40,878 bases of DNA from a virus (IMGVR_UViG_2713896799_000014:1-40878); one strand, 5' to 3'; counted from the first letter of the stretch, positions 23,316 through 33,114 are shown. A program made the numbers and translations. Notes: generated by a model not told the origin, from the letters alone.

Positions 23316-23788
23316 ACCTCAATCTCTCTGACCGTTCCGCCAGCCTCTTTGAATTTTGCAATCAGGTTGTCAGCCTTATGCTCGAACTGACCATAACCAG
23401 CGCCCGGCAGTGAAGCCCAGATATTGCTGCAACGGTCGATTGCCTGACGAATATCACCGCGGTCAATCATCGGTAAAGCGCCACGCTCTTTAATCTGCTG
23501 CAATGCCACTGCGTCCTGGCTTTTGGGAGAGAAGTCTTTCAGGCCAAGTTGCTTGCGGTAGGCATCCCACCAACGTGAAAGAAGCTGGTAACGTCCGGCG
23601 GCTGTTGATTTGAGCTTTGGGTTTAGCGTGACAAGTTTGCGAGGGTGATCGGAGTAATCAGTGAATAGCTCTCCGCCAACAATGACGTCATAACCATGAT
23701 TTCTGGTTTTCTGACGTCCGTTATCAGTTCCCTCTGACCACGCCAGCATATCGAGGAACGCCTTACGTTGATTATTGATTTCCACCAT
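23312..23788 (-). CDS. R: Endolysin R (lytic transglycosylase)
   Basis: 158 aa; [42 protein letters not shown] matches lambda R from memory. Confidence 0.95.
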   Translation of the reverse strand: MVEINNQRKAFLDMLAWSEGTDNGRQKTRNHGYDVIVGGELFTDYSDHPRKLVTLNPKLKSTAAGRYQLLSRWWDAYRKQLGLKDFSPKSQDAVALQQIKERGALPMIDRGDIRQAIDRCSNIWASLPGAGYGQFEHKADNLIAKFKEAGGTVREIEV

Positions 23789-24095
23789 CTTCTACTCCGG
23801 CTTTTTTAGCAGCGAAGCGTTTGATAAGCGAACCAATCGAGTCAGTACCGATGTAGCCGATGAACACGCTCGTTATATAAGCGAGATTGCTACTTAGTCC
23901 GGCGAAGTCGAGAAGGTCACGAATGAACCAGGCGATAATGGCGCACATCGTTGCGTCGATTACTGTTTTTGTAAACGCACCGCCATTATATCTGCCGCGA
24001 AGGTACGCCATTGCAAACGCAAGGATTGCCCCGATGCCTTGTTCCTTTGCCGCGAGAATGGCGGCTAACAGGTCATGTTTTTCTGGCATCTTCAT
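23772..24095 (-). CDS. S: Holin S (S107/S105 dual start)
   Basis: 107 aa [39 protein letters not shown] matches lambda S. Confidence 0.95.
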   Translation of the reverse strand: MKMPEKHDLLAAILAAKEQGIGAILAFAMAYLRGRYNGGAFTKTVIDATMCAIIAWFIRDLLDFAGLSSNLAYITSVFIGYIGTDSIGSLIKRFAAKKAGVEDGGNQ

Positions 24096-24337
24096 GTCTT
24101 ACCCCCAATAAGGGGATTTGCTCTATTTAATTAGGAATATGGTCGGTTACTGATAGAACAAATCCAGGCTACTGTGTTTAGTAATCAGATTTGTTCGTGA
24201 CCGATATGCACGGGCAAAACGGCAGGAGGTTGTTAGCGCAACCCCTTGCCACCCGCTTTCACGAAGATCATGTGTAGAAGGCCGCAGCGTAACTATCACT
24301 GATGAATTCAGAATAGCCAGTGGCTACGGCTCAGTTA

Positions 24338-24413
24338 TGGTGCTGGTTAACGGACTTGAACCGCTACCCATTCGCTTACAAGGCGACTGCTCTACCATTA
24401 GAGCTAAACCAGC
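24338..24413 (-). tRNA. Phage-encoded tRNA-Thr (anticodon UGU), hand-folded
   Basis: Minus strand: 7-bp acceptor GCTGGTT/AACCAGC, D-stem GCTC/GAGC, anticodon loop CT-TGT-AA, T-loop TTCAAGT, 3' ACCA. Confidence 0.55.
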
Positions 24414-24418
24414 ATGTT

Positions 24419-24493
24419 TGGCGGGACAGCGTGGACTCGAACCACGATAAGAAGGTTAACAGCCTTCCGTAATGACCTTTATACGACTGACCC
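24419..24493 (-). tRNA. tRNA-like gene, probable tRNA-Asn (anticodon GUU), one acceptor-stem mismatch
   Basis: Minus strand: anticodon stem GAAGG/CCTTC perfect, loop CT-GTT-AA, T-arm CGTGG-TTCGAGT-CCACG, 3' GCCA; acceptor 6 of 7 pairs. Confidence 0.45.
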
Positions 24494-24553
24494 AAATAAA
24501 AAATCCCGAAACCGTTATGCAGGCTCCTATTACCTGCGAACTGTTTCGGGATT
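24494..24553 (-). terminator. tR' terminator ending the short 6S-like late leader transcript
   Basis: Minus strand AATCCCGAAAC...GTTTCGGGATT followed by TTTTTATTT; matches lambda tR' from memory. Confidence 0.8.
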
Positions 24554-24685
24554 GCATTTGCAGACCTCTCAGCCTGCGATGGTTGGAGTTCCAGACGATA
24601 CGTCGAAGTGACCAACTAGGCGGAATCGGTAGTAAGCGCCGCCTCTTTTTATCTCACTACCACAACGAGCGAATTAACCCATCGT

Positions 24686-24721
24686 TGGGTCAAATTTACC
24701 CAACTTTATTCAAAAAGTCAA
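24686..24721 (-). promoter_or_regulatory. Late promoter pR' with Q-utilisation region
   Basis: Minus strand TTGACT, 17-bp spacer, TAAATT, downstream of Q stop; near-identical to lambda pR' as I recall it. Confidence 0.8.
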
Positions 24722-24763
24722 TATCATGCCGTTAATATGTTGCCATCCGTGGCAATCATGCTG

Positions 24764-25387
24764 CTAACGTGTGACCGCATTCAAAATGTTGTCTGCGATT
24801 GACTCTTCTTTGTGGCATTGCACCACCAGAGCGTCATACAGCGGCTTAACAGTGCGTGACCAGGTGGGTTGAGTAAGGTTTGGGATTAGCATCGTTACAG
24901 CGCGATATGCGGCGCTTGCTGGCATTCTTGAATAGCCGACACCTTTGCATCTTCCGCATTCTTTCTCAACAACTCTCCCCCACAGCTCTGTTTTTGATAT
25001 ATCAACCGCACGGCCTGTACCGTGACAATCTCTGCATCTTGCGCCCGGCGTCGCGGCACTACGGCAATAATCCGCATAAGCGAATGTTGCGAGCACTTGC
25101 AGTACCTTTGCCTTAGTATTTCCTTCAAGCTTTGCCACACCACGGTATTTCCCCGATACCTTGTGTGCAAATTGCATCAGATAGTTGATAGCCTTTTGTT
25201 TGTCGTTCTGGCTGAGTTCGTGCTTACCACAGAATGCAGCCATTCCGAATCCGGCTTGTGATTGCGCCATCCCCATAGCAGCCATCACATCAGTACCGGA
25301 AAGAGAGTCAGAAGCCGTGGCCCGTGGTGAGTCACTCATCATCGGGCTTTTTGGCGAATGAAATTTAGCTACGCTTTCGAGTCTCAT
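24764..25387 (-). CDS. Q: Late antiterminator Q
   Basis: 207 aa; [31 protein letters not shown] and zinc-finger CRDCHGTGR...CGRCKG match lambda Q. Confidence 0.95.
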   Translation of the reverse strand: MRLESVAKFHSPKSPMMSDSPRATASDSLSGTDVMAAMGMAQSQAGFGMAAFCGKHELSQNDKQKAINYLMQFAHKVSGKYRGVAKLEGNTKAKVLQVLATFAYADYCRSAATPGARCRDCHGTGRAVDISKTELWGRVVEKECGRCKGVGYSRMPASAAYRAVTMLIPNLTQPTWSRTVKPLYDALVVQCHKEESIADNILNAVTR

Positions 25388-26049
25388 GCGCCTTCTCCCT
25401 GTACCTGAATCAATGTGAGGTTTCCGCAGAACACTGCGCCGGTATCGATATACATCTGGTTGGCAAATTTGAGCGGTTTCACTGCTGGCGTATGACCAAA
25501 GATGAACGTGTCCGCTCCTTTGATTTCTTTCACGATCCCGTCTTGTGAGTTGCTGATTCGTTCGCGGTTCCAGATTACCTGCTGATGATCAACTGGCTTT
25601 CCGAACTCGTATTCATCACAAGGATAATCGGCGTGGCAGATGATATATTTTTTATCTTTGCTCACCAGTTCGATGATTAACGGAAGTTCATCTGCTTTAT
25701 GGGCAAGAGCTTTAGCCAGAATTTCTTTGTCGTAATCGAGATTAAAGAACCAGCCACCGCCATTAAGCAGCCAGTGATTGACGTTTCCACGCTCTGATAA
25801 GCCATCAATCATCATTTGCTCATGGTTTCCACGTACAGCTCTGAACCAGGGGAATGTGATTAATTCCAGGCATTCGACGTTCTCTGTACCGCGATCAACC
25901 AAATCGCCAACCGAGATAAGCAGGTCTTTTTTGGTGTCGAATCCTATCGTCTCCAGTTTTTTCATCAGGTTCGTGTAGCATCCGTGCAGATCGCCAACTA
26001 CCCAAATATTTCGGTATTTGCTGCCATCAATTCTTTCGTAATAGCGCAT
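25384..26049 (-). CDS. ninI: Ser/Thr protein phosphatase NinI
   Basis: 221 aa from [25 protein letters not shown]; metallophosphatase motifs GDLHG, GDLVDRG, GNHE. Confidence 0.9.
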   Translation of the reverse strand: MRYYERIDGSKYRNIWVVGDLHGCYTNLMKKLETIGFDTKKDLLISVGDLVDRGTENVECLELITFPWFRAVRGNHEQMMIDGLSERGNVNHWLLNGGGWFFNLDYDKEILAKALAHKADELPLIIELVSKDKKYIICHADYPCDEYEFGKPVDHQQVIWNRERISNSQDGIVKEIKGADTFIFGHTPAVKPLKFANQMYIDTGAVFCGNLTLIQVQGEGA

Positions 26050-26233
26050 CTCTTTCACTCCATCCGCGATGAACCATGAGAACGTCGTTGACGATGGCGT
26101 GCATTTTCCCGTCTTTATCATCAACGTATTTTCTGACCGTACCGCGACTACATTTCAGTCTGCGTGCTACTTCTGTCTGGTTTCCGTATGCTTCAACGAG
26201 CATGTCTGGAATGGTTTTTACTGAGAACGTCAT
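26027..26233 (-). CDS. ninH: NinH
   Basis: 68 aa [37 protein letters not shown] matches lambda NinH. Confidence 0.9.
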   Translation of the reverse strand: MTFSVKTIPDMLVEAYGNQTEVARRLKCSRGTVRKYVDDKDGKMHAIVNDVLMVHRGWSERDALLRKN

Positions 26234-26832
26234 GCGGCCTCACTTCTGCTATTTCGCAGGTCTTTGAGTTTCTGTTGGTACTCTGCCTTGATCGCCTTGC
26301 ACTCTTCGATAGTCCAGCGATGGCGGTTATGGTTTGATTCGATTTCGTCTACTGCTTCCTGCCCGATTCGGTTAATAAGTTCGACGCGATACGGAACGAG
26401 ATTTCCGCTTTTATGCTGGTTGCACACCACGCATTGCTTGTGAATATTGCGTTCATCAAATCGGAGTTGAGGTGCCGCAGAAGTTGTCCGGTAATGTCCG
26501 GCATCCCACTGAGCAGACGTGAGCGTTCCGCACGAGATACATGGTAAGTCGCGGTCTCTTTCTCTGATGAAGGCGTTTACGGCTTGTTGGGCTTGTTTAA
26601 TCCAGTAACTGCGGGGCTTTAAGGCGAGTTTTCGAATCTTCAGTTTATCTTTCTGTTTCTGCTCCTCTCGTCGTAGTTTCTTCTCTGCTGCTTTTTCCGC
26701 TTTTTCGCGTTCTTTACTTCGTCGTTCGAGTGCTATCTTTGTTCCACAAATCTCATTACACCAATATTGATTTTGATATTTTGGTATAAACCATTCATTG
26801 CAACATTTACATTTCCTTCGATAGATTCGCAT
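26230..26832 (-). CDS. ninG: NinG (Rap-like recombination-associated endonuclease), variant N-terminus
   Basis: 200 aa from [15 protein letters not shown] with AAAGGAG upstream; C-terminal 170 aa match lambda NinG. Confidence 0.85.
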   Translation of the reverse strand: MRIYRRKCKCCNEWFIPKYQNQYWCNEICGTKIALERRSKEREKAEKAAEKKLRREEQKQKDKLKIRKLALKPRSYWIKQAQQAVNAFIRERDRDLPCISCGTLTSAQWDAGHYRTTSAAPQLRFDERNIHKQCVVCNQHKSGNLVPYRVELINRIGQEAVDEIESNHNRHRWTIEECKAIKAEYQQKLKDLRNSRSEAA

Positions 26833-27373
26833 AAGTGCTCCTTTCGTTGCCGGAAAAATCACCGTAATACTTATCTCGGGCTTCTTCAGCAACTAGTACC
26901 GCTAACTCCAGATCATCAAAGCATCCGAAGTGTTTACTCTTGCCATGGAAACCTAGCCTAACATTCCATTTTTTCTGTCGTTTGTGCCAAGTAACTCCTC
27001 TGCAACCTGATTTGCTATTCTTTCGGATCCTTATATTTCTTGAATTTTCTATTGGCAGGCATTCTCTTAAATTTTCTGGCCTATTGTCGGTCCTAATTCC
27101 ATTAACGTGGTCAATTTGACCAGCAGGCCAACGATTATGAGTTATGTAAAAAACTAAGACGTGAGTTTTATATCTACGCCCATCTATCATGATCATTGAA
27201 TAACCGTTGGAATCAAAAGTTCCAGCAACACTATTTAATGCTATCCTTCCCTGAGTGGGAACTTTCCATCTAAATACCCCGGTAGATTTATCGAAACTTA
27301 GTAACTCAAATATCCTTTTAACAGTTAAATCTTCTCTTTTACGGTTACATCGTCTTCGCGCTGGTTTAGCCAT
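26807..27373 (-). CDS. HNH homing endonuclease with AP2-type DNA-binding domain
   Basis: HNH motif [33 protein letters not shown] and AP2-like [20 protein letters not shown]; first 9 codons MAKPARRRC copy the ninG start. Confidence 0.7.
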   Translation of the reverse strand: MAKPARRRCNRKREDLTVKRIFELLSFDKSTGVFRWKVPTQGRIALNSVAGTFDSNGYSMIMIDGRRYKTHVLVFYITHNRWPAGQIDHVNGIRTDNRPENLRECLPIENSRNIRIRKNSKSGCRGVTWHKRQKKWNVRLGFHGKSKHFGCFDDLELAVLVAEEARDKYYGDFSGNERSTYANLSKEM

Positions 27374-27542
27374 CGTCTTCTTCCTCGTGCATCGAGCTAT
27401 TCGGATCGCTCATCAGTTCTGCGCAGCAATCGGAGCACACGTGAACTTCCAGCACATGCAGCTTCTTACCGCAGTTAGCGCACGTTAAAGCCCGCTCGAC
27501 GCTTTCTTTCTGGTATTGAAGGGATTGGGATGGGCTAAGCAT
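27366..27542 (-). CDS. ninF: NinF
   Basis: 58-aa ORF hand-translated as [40 protein letters not shown]; matches lambda NinF. Confidence 0.85.
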   Translation of the reverse strand: MLSPSQSLQYQKESVERALTCANCGKKLHVLEVHVCSDCCAELMSDPNSSMHEEEDDG

Positions 27543-27909
27543 TATTGGCGTCCTGCATCATGAGAAAGACAATCATGGCAGCGCGGAGTGGGTTATTGTC
27601 TATGGTAATAAATTCACAAAATCTATCCGCCTCCCACCAATATTCATTCTTCATTCCATGATTATTTCTTTCGTATGCACATATGCTGATCTGATGTTTT
27701 GCGATTACAGGCCATGCAGCTCTCGGATCATTGCAGTAGTCAGGTAAAGGGTTTAATGGCTCAAGACTTGTATCAGCATTTCCGTAATACCATTTATTGG
27801 TATTATTCCCTGATGTTTCAGGCTTACATGCCCAAAGGCCCTTAAAAATTATGTCTCCTACCATTCTGTTAATTTCAAAATCACTTAACTGTGAATAATC
27901 CATTGTCAT
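27535..27909 (-). CDS. Hypothetical nin-region protein (NinX-like position)
   Basis: ORF between ninE and ninF; start at Met13 overlaps ninE stop (ATGA). Confidence 0.5.
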   Translation of the reverse strand: MTMDYSQLSDFEINRMVGDIIFKGLWACKPETSGNNTNKWYYGNADTSLEPLNPLPDYCNDPRAAWPVIAKHQISICAYERNNHGMKNEYWWEADRFCEFITIDNNPLRAAMIVFLMMQDANNA

Positions 27910-28082
27910 TTCCTCGCACGATATCTTAGCCACCGGATATCCCACAGGTGAGCCGTGTAATTGAAGGTTTTTACGTCAGATTCTTTTGGGATTGGCTTGC
28001 GTTTATTTCTGGAGCGTTTCGTTGGAAGGTATTTGCAGTTTTCGCAGATGATGTCGGTGAAACTTCGTCGCTGTCGTCTCAT
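27906..28082 (-). CDS. ninE: NinE
   Basis: 58 aa from [30 protein letters not shown]; start overlaps ninB stop. Confidence 0.7.
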   Translation of the reverse strand: MRRQRRSFTDIICENCKYLPTKRSRNKRKPIPKESDVKTFNYTAHLWDIRWLRYRARK

Positions 28083-28525
28083 GCCGCCCTCCCTTTTCGT
28101 TGTGACCATTCATACTCTCGCCGGGAGTCATCACTCCACCGCACGTTGCGCTCTGAGCCGAACCAAAACATGATTTCGATAAGCTCAGTCATGCTGGCCT
28201 TTCGCATTTTGCTGGTACGCACGCCAAGCATGACAACGCCACCGTCGATACCAGGAACACTTCGTTGCTCCAGTTTTTTGGTCTTAAGCCACAGGGCAGT
28301 GAACAGGTCTTTCCAGTCTTCCGGTGCCAGCCGTTGACCATGCCATAGCACCTGACGCGAAACATCGTTCAGCATCGGCCACATACGGTCATTCTGCGCT
28401 TTGCTGCGTTTTGGTTCTTTAAGGTGGACTTCGTGGGGTGACTTGTCGTCGATGGGAAGTGAGAGTATTGCGTCTATGGCGTTATTTCTGATTGCTTCGT
28501 TGCGAAGCATGTATATTTGCTTCAT
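28079..28525 (-). CDS. ninB: NinB (Orf-family recombination mediator)
   Basis: 148 aa with LWACL/DVSRQV...WHG-like core resembling lambda NinB. Confidence 0.8.
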   Translation of the reverse strand: MKQIYMLRNEAIRNNAIDAILSLPIDDKSPHEVHLKEPKRSKAQNDRMWPMLNDVSRQVLWHGQRLAPEDWKDLFTALWLKTKKLEQRSVPGIDGGVVMLGVRTSKMRKASMTELIEIMFWFGSERNVRWSDDSRREYEWSQRKGRAA

Positions 28526-28826
28526 CGAAATTCTTCTCTTTAATTCCAGCAGCTCTGATAGCTTTCATCACTGCAATTACCGTTTTGTCCTTCCCATCCT
28601 CATGCCCCATCGCATAAGCACCTTCTTCACCATCTTTCCAAAAGTCGTCATTCGATTCGGGCCAGTCGATATCCAGTTCAATAGCTGCTCGCGATGCCTG
28701 CCATGCCTCCCATGCAATCTCGACCTTGATGTGCATAATCTTCATCACGTCACTTGAAACGTGATATTTGTTTTTAAACCATTCTTCAAACTGCTTTCTT
28801 GATTCGTCCATATTCCTCTCCATCAC
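28482..28826 (-). CDS. Hypothetical protein, 114 aa
   Basis: ORF in the nin operon upstream of ninB; no family recognised. Confidence 0.5.
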   Translation of the reverse strand: MMERNMDESRKQFEEWFKNKYHVSSDVMKIMHIKVEIAWEAWQASRAAIELDIDWPESNDDFWKDGEEGAYAMGHEDGKDKTVIAVMKAIRAAGIKEKNFDEANIHASQRSNQK

Positions 28827-29089
28827 CGCTTGAACCAGGTGAAATTAGTAAACTGTGACATGCTTATGCCCATCAGACGCTTAAGCACCCTGTCTCGCGG
28901 GCTTCTCTTTGGCTTAGGCCTGCGATTGTATCGCTCTATAATCGGAAGTCTTGAGGCTTTCCAGTAGCGATAATGCCGTGCGCCTGACTCTTCCAGGTCT
29001 GCATTAATCAATTGAGCCAATGTACTCATCATTCCTCTCCAACAGCGTGCTGGGTTGTTAGTTAAGTGGCGTAAACGTGTAATCTTCAT
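28823..29089 (-). CDS. Hypothetical protein, 88 aa
   Basis: ORF in operon orientation with overlapping stop/start. Confidence 0.45.
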   Translation of the reverse strand: MKITRLRHLTNNPARCWRGMMSTLAQLINADLEESGARHYRYWKASRLPIIERYNRRPKPKRSPRDRVLKRLMGISMSQFTNFTWFKR

Positions 29090-29096
29090 CGTTACC

Positions 29097-29303
29097 TCAA
29101 CTCACAAAACGCCACGCCATTTTTGCTACAGCGACAGGCGCAACACCGATAATCACCCACATGAGAATGCTACCGAAAAGCACACCCACCATGTCTTTAC
29201 CTTCACCTACCAACCGGATAAAACTGCTGGCCACCACAATGAACGTCGCCACCATCCACATAGCACCGAGAATCCTCAATGCAGAGAAAACCAACTCAGC
29301 CAC
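29097..29303 (-). CDS. Small hydrophobic membrane protein, 68 aa
   Basis: Two predicted hydrophobic helices; located between ren and the nin genes. Confidence 0.45.
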   Translation of the reverse strand: MAELVFSALRILGAMWMVATFIVVASSFIRLVGEGKDMVGVLFGSILMWVIIGVAPVAVAKMAWRFVS

Positions 29304-29375
29304 GATTTACTCTCCCCCAAATAAAAAGGCCTGCGATTACCAGCAGGCCTGTTATTAGCTCAGTGATGTAGATGG

Positions 29376-29666
29376 TCATCTTTTAACTCCATATACCGCC
29401 AATACCCGTTTCATCGCGGCACTCTGGCGACACTCCTTAAAAATCAGGTTCGTGCTCATCTTTCCTTCCCGTTCTTCCCTGGTAGCAAACCGGTAATACA
29501 CCGTTCGCCAGACCTTACCTTCGATAACCAGAAGACCTGCCCGTGCCATTTTAGCCGCGGCCTGATTTATGCTGGTTACTGTTGCGCCTGTTAGCGCGGC
29601 AACGTCCGGCGCACAGAAGCTATTATGCGTCCCCAGGTAATGAATAATTGCCTCTTTGCCCGTCAT
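29376..29666 (-). CDS. ren: Ren (protects against Rex exclusion)
   Basis: 96 aa MTGKEAIIHYLGTHNSFCAPDVAALTGATVTSINQAAAKMARAG matches lambda Ren. Confidence 0.9.
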   Translation of the reverse strand: MTGKEAIIHYLGTHNSFCAPDVAALTGATVTSINQAAAKMARAGLLVIEGKVWRTVYYRFATREEREGKMSTNLIFKECRQSAAMKRVLAVYGVKR

Positions 29667-30364
29667 ACACTTGCTCCTTTCAGTCCGAACTTAGCTTTGA
29701 TTTCTGCGATCTTCGCCAGAGCCTGTGCACGATTTAGAGGTCTACCGCCCATGACAGGAAGTTGTTTTACTGGTTCAGGGATCGCCTCACCACGGTTAAT
29801 TCTCGCAGTCATATGGACAAGCTCATCTGCGGCCTTACGGCGTAATTCCGCATCAGTAAGCGCATTGGCCCGCATGTTCTGATACAGGTTGGTAACCAGC
29901 CAGTAGTGCGCGTTTGATTTCCACGGATAAGACTCCGCATCCGGATACAGGCCTCGCTTCCGGCAATACTCGTAAACCATATCAACCAGCTCGCTGACGT
30001 TTGGCAGTCCGGCGATAACGGATGCTTCTTCCCGGCACCATGCAACAAACTGCCCGGGTGATGGCAGAAATGGTCGATTCTGCCGACGGGCTACGCGCAT
30101 TCCTGCGTTAACCTGTTCCATTGTGGTGATCCCGTTTTCCCGGAAAGCCAGCACCCACTGGCGGCGGATTTCGTTCAGTTCGTTCTGGTCCCGGTTAGCC
30201 AGGCTCGCCGGGAAAGTTGCCAGTAACTGGCTGAACACACCATTGATGATCTGCGCTACCTGTTGTACCTGCGGCTTTTCGTCGTACTGTTCCGGCATGT
30301 TGTTGGCGATCCGACGCATCTGCTCACGGTCAAAGTTAACCATCTGTGCGGCGATGTTTTTCAT
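29663..30364 (-). CDS. P: Replication protein P (DnaB helicase loader)
   Basis: 233 aa matching lambda P. Confidence 0.95.
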   Translation of the reverse strand: MKNIAAQMVNFDREQMRRIANNMPEQYDEKPQVQQVAQIINGVFSQLLATFPASLANRDQNELNEIRRQWVLAFRENGITTMEQVNAGMRVARRQNRPFLPSPGQFVAWCREEASVIAGLPNVSELVDMVYEYCRKRGLYPDAESYPWKSNAHYWLVTNLYQNMRANALTDAELRRKAADELVHMTARINRGEAIPEPVKQLPVMGGRPLNRAQALAKIAEIKAKFGLKGASV

Positions 30365-31260
30365 AAATCCACCCCGTAAATCCAGTCAGTGTTTGTCAGG
30401 TCGAGTTTTGGTTTGCTGGCTGTCACGCCTGCCTGTTGCTTGTTACGGTTGATTTCGAGCTGGGTCCACTTGTCGCGGAGTTTGGCCGGACTCAGCACGT
30501 TACCGGACCAGAAGTTGTCCTGGCAGGCCCAGCGGAAAAGCACACACATATCGCGGTGGTTACGTCCGTCACGTTCACGCATCAGGCGGATATCGTTAGC
30601 CCACCCAGCAAAATTCGGTTTTCTGGCTGATGGCGCGATGGTCTTCACCATGTCAAACATCCACTCTGCGGCGGTCAGGTCTTCTGCTGTTCCCCACTTG
30701 CTGCCGCTCTGAATTGCAGCATCCGGTTTAACCACAGAAAGATCGTTTTCTGGCTGGTCAGAGGATTCGCCAGAATTCTCGGACGAATAATCTTTTCTTT
30801 TTTCTTTTGTAATAGTGTCTTTTGTGTCCCCCTGTTTTGAGGGATAGCAATCCCCCAATTTGAGGGATGTTTTATCCCTCGTTTTAGGGGATTTTCCCTC
30901 GTTTTGAGGGATACACCATTCTGAGATGTTTTTATTTGGTCCAAACATGCCGCCTTGCTGCTTGATAATATTCATTCTGACGAGTTCTAACTTGGCTTCA
31001 TTGCACCGTTTGACAGGTAACTTTGTAATCTCGCTAAGTTGAGAATCGGTGATTCTGTCCATTGGTTTATTCCACCCATAGGTTTTACGCAGAATGGCAA
31101 GCAGCACTTTAAACTGTCGCTTGGTCAGATCTGCGCCCGAATAAGCCTCAAGCAGCATATTTGATAGTCTGGCGTAACCATCATCGAGATCTGCCACATT
31201 ACGCTCCTGTCCGGCAAAGTTACCTCTGCCGAAGTTGAGTATTTTTGCTGTATTTGTCAT
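30361..31260 (-). CDS. O: Replication initiator protein O
   Basis: 299 aa matching lambda O; contains ori iterons internally. Confidence 0.95.
   Translation of the reverse strand: MTNTAKILNFGRGNFAGQERNVADLDDGYARLSNMLLEAYSGADLTKRQFKVLLAILRKTYGWNKPMDRITDSQLSEITKLPVKRCNEAKLELVRMNIIKQQGGMFGPNKNISEWCIPQNEGKSPKTRDKTSLKLGDCYPSKQGDTKDTITKEKRKDYSSENSGESSDQPENDLSVVKPDAAIQSGSKWGTAEDLTAAEWMFDMVKTIAPSARKPNFAGWANDIRLMRERDGRNHRDMCVLFRWACQDNFWSGNVLSPAKLRDKWTQLEINRNKQQAGVTASKPKLDLTNTDWIYGVDL
30825..30950. other. Replication origin: four ~19-bp iterons plus adjacent AT-rich tract, inside O
   Basis: Direct repeats of TCCCTC-N-TTTGAGGGA type at about 30827, 30850, 30872, 30893, then AT-rich GATGTTTTTATTTGG. 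Confidence 0.8.
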
Positions 31261-31292
31261 AATGACTCCTGTTGATAGATCCAGTAATGACC

Positions 31293-31586
31293 TCAGAACT
31301 CCATCTGGATTTGTTCAGAACGCTCGGTTGCCGCCGGGCGTTTTTTATTGGTGAGAATCGCAGCAACTTGTCGCGCCAATCGAGCCATGTCGTCGTCAAC
31401 GACCCCCCATTCAAGAACAGCAAGCAGCATTGAGAACTTTGGAATCCAGTCTCTCTTCCACCTGCTTATCTGCGACTTATCAACTCCCACAGCTTCCGCT
31501 GTCTTCTCAGTTCCAAGCATTGCGATTTTGTTAAGCAACGCACTCTCGATTCGTAGAGCCTCGTTGCGTTTGTTTGCACGAACCAT
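31293..31586 (-). CDS. cII: Transcriptional activator cII
   Basis: 97 aa MVRANKRNEALRIESALLNKIAMLGTEKTAEAVGVDKSQISRWKRDWIPK matches lambda cII. Confidence 0.95.
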   Translation of the reverse strand: MVRANKRNEALRIESALLNKIAMLGTEKTAEAVGVDKSQISRWKRDWIPKFSMLLAVLEWGVVDDDMARLARQVAAILTNKKRPAATERSEQIQMEF

Positions 31587-31665
31587 ATGTAAGTATTTCC
31601 TTAGATAACAATTGATTGAATGTATGCAAATAAATGCATACACCATAGGTGTGGTTTAATTTGAT

Positions 31666-31697
31666 GCCCTTTTTCAGGGCTGGAATGTGTAAGAGCG
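31666..31697 (-). promoter_or_regulatory. nutR (boxA plus boxB hairpin)
   Basis: Minus strand CGCTCTTAC and GCCCTGAAAAAGGGC between cro and cII. Confidence 0.8.
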
Positions 31698-31705
31698 GGA
31701 ATGTC

Positions 31706-31921
31706 TTAAGCGGCTTTGTGTTCCGGAGGGAACACGTCATCAAGACTGACTTTTGCGCCTAACTTGTTTAGGCATGCAACAAGAGCGCGGCATGTTTTAA
31801 GGTCTGGGAAGCGACGACCAGATTCCCAATGCCCAATAGCTCCCTGTGTGCATCCAACCGCCTTAGCAAGTGTTGTTTGAGAGATATTCAGTGACTCTCG
31901 ATATTTTCGTAGGTTGCTCAT
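31706..31921 (-). CDS. cro: Cro-like HTH repressor (non-lambda immunity)
   Basis: 71 aa from MSNLRKYRESLNISQTTLAKAVGCTQGAIGHWESG (XRE-type HTH); GGAGGG RBS; divergent from cI. Confidence 0.75.
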   Translation of the reverse strand: MSNLRKYRESLNISQTTLAKAVGCTQGAIGHWESGRRFPDLKTCRALVACLNKLGAKVSLDDVFPPEHKAA

Positions 31922-32032
31922 ATGCCCTCCATAGTAACCATGAGACAATAATACGATATGTACTTTTGGAATGCAAACAAAAAATACATCTTGTGCATGG
32001 ATGGTTTTAGTACAGAGCGTAATAATAAGGAT
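31922..32032. promoter_or_regulatory. Divergent pR/pRM promoter and operator region
   Basis: 111-bp AT-rich spacer between divergent cro and cI starts; CGATA-N-GTAC-like motifs shared with the pL region; operators not resolved. Confidence 0.5.
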
Positions 32033-32692
32033 ATGAAAATGAAATGGTATGAACTGGCTAGATCCAGAATGAAAGAGCTCGGCATAACTCAAGAGAAGTT
32101 GGCTGAAGAGCTTGGTATGACGCAGGGTGGAATTGGTCACTGGTTGCGCGGATCTCGTCATCCATCTCTTGACGAGATTGGTGTGGTGTTTAAATACCTT
32201 GGTATTGATAACGTCTCATTCAACCACGACGGTACATTTTCACCTGTTGGCGAATACTCATCTGCCCCCGTTAAAAAACAATATGAGTACCCTGTTTTTT
32301 CTCATGTTCAGGCCGGGATGTTCTCGCCTGAGCTTAGAACCTTTACCAAAGGTGATGCGGAGAGATGGGTCAGCACAACCAAAAAAGCCAGTGATTGTGC
32401 GTTTTGGCTTGAAGTTGAAGGTAATTCCATGACCGCGCCAACAGGATCGAAGCCAAGCTTTCCTGACGGGATGTTAATTCTCGTTGACCCCGAGCAGGCT
32501 GTTGAGCCAGGTGATTTCTGCATAGCCAGACTTGGTGGTGACGAGTTTACCTTCAAGAAACTGATCAGGGATAGCGGTCAGGTGTTCCTACAGCCACTAA
32601 ACCCGCAATATCCAATGATTCCATGCAATGATAGCTGTTCCGTAGTAGGGAAAGTTATCGCCAGCCAGTGGCCTGAAGAGACATTTAGTTAA
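32033..32692 (+). CDS. cI: CI repressor with LexA-like S24 autocleavage domain (non-lambda immunity)
   Basis: 219 aa from [28 protein letters not shown] with AAGGA RBS; C-terminal S24 motifs GNSM and FKKL. Confidence 0.85.
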   Translation: MKMKWYELARSRMKELGITQEKLAEELGMTQGGIGHWLRGSRHPSLDEIGVVFKYLGIDNVSFNHDGTFSPVGEYSSAPVKKQYEYPVFSHVQAGMFSPELRTFTKGDAERWVSTTKKASDCAFWLEVEGNSMTAPTGSKPSFPDGMLILVDPEQAVEPGDFCIARLGGDEFTFKKLIRDSGQVFLQPLNPQYPMIPCNDSCSVVGKVIASQWPEETFS

Positions 32693-32723
32693 CAGCCTCA
32701 CCACTCTAAAACACACAACAATA

Positions 32724-32752
32724 ACCCGACCTTAGCGTCGGGTTTTCTTTTT
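32724..32752 (+). terminator. Rho-independent terminator downstream of cI
   Basis: ACCCGAC-CTTAGC-GTCGGGT followed by TTTTCTTTTT. Confidence 0.7.
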
Positions 32753-32817
32753 CCAAAATATAAACCCATTAAATACAAAGCGTTATAAAAAACTAATTAT
32801 ATTTAGAACATTTTGTA

Positions 32818-32853
32818 TTGACTCGATAAAGTACAAATCGTACTATTTAGCCA
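32818..32853 (+). promoter_or_regulatory. Early leftward promoter pL with putative OL
   Basis: TTGACT, 17-bp spacer containing GTACAAATCGTAC, TACTAT; transcript start region ATCAGCAGGACGCACTGACC as in lambda pL. Confidence 0.75.
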
Positions 32854-32885
32854 TCAGCAGGACGCACTGACCACCATGAAGGTGA

Positions 32886-32916
32886 GGCTCTTAAAAATTA
32901 AGCCCTGAAGAAGGGC
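32886..32916 (+). promoter_or_regulatory. nutL (boxA plus boxB hairpin)
   Basis: GCTCTTAAAAATTAA then GCCCTGAAGAAGGGC, as in lambda nutL. Confidence 0.85.
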
Positions 32917-33114
32917 AGCCTTCAAAGCAGAAGGCTTTGGGATTGGATGAATGAGCAGGCTGATGCTCGACCAATGTATAAACAGCGCTCATGGCAAGCA
33001 GTAACCAATCTGCGCCTCAAGACAGCGTCACTGGTAGTGCGGGCGCTCTAACCAGTAAGCCGGGGTTCAGCGCCGGCCATCCAATCACCAAAGCTAACTG
33101 ACAGGAGAATCCAG

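Noticed and set aside
24376-24615. 79-aa minus-strand ORF between Q and S
   Set aside because: Overlaps the two tRNA cloverleaves and the tR' hairpin; this region is structured noncoding RNA, not protein-coding.
31958-32032. Upstream extension of cI giving a 244-aa repressor
   Set aside because: The extension runs through the divergent promoter/operator region; the AAGGA RBS and repressor-like sequence begin at 32033.
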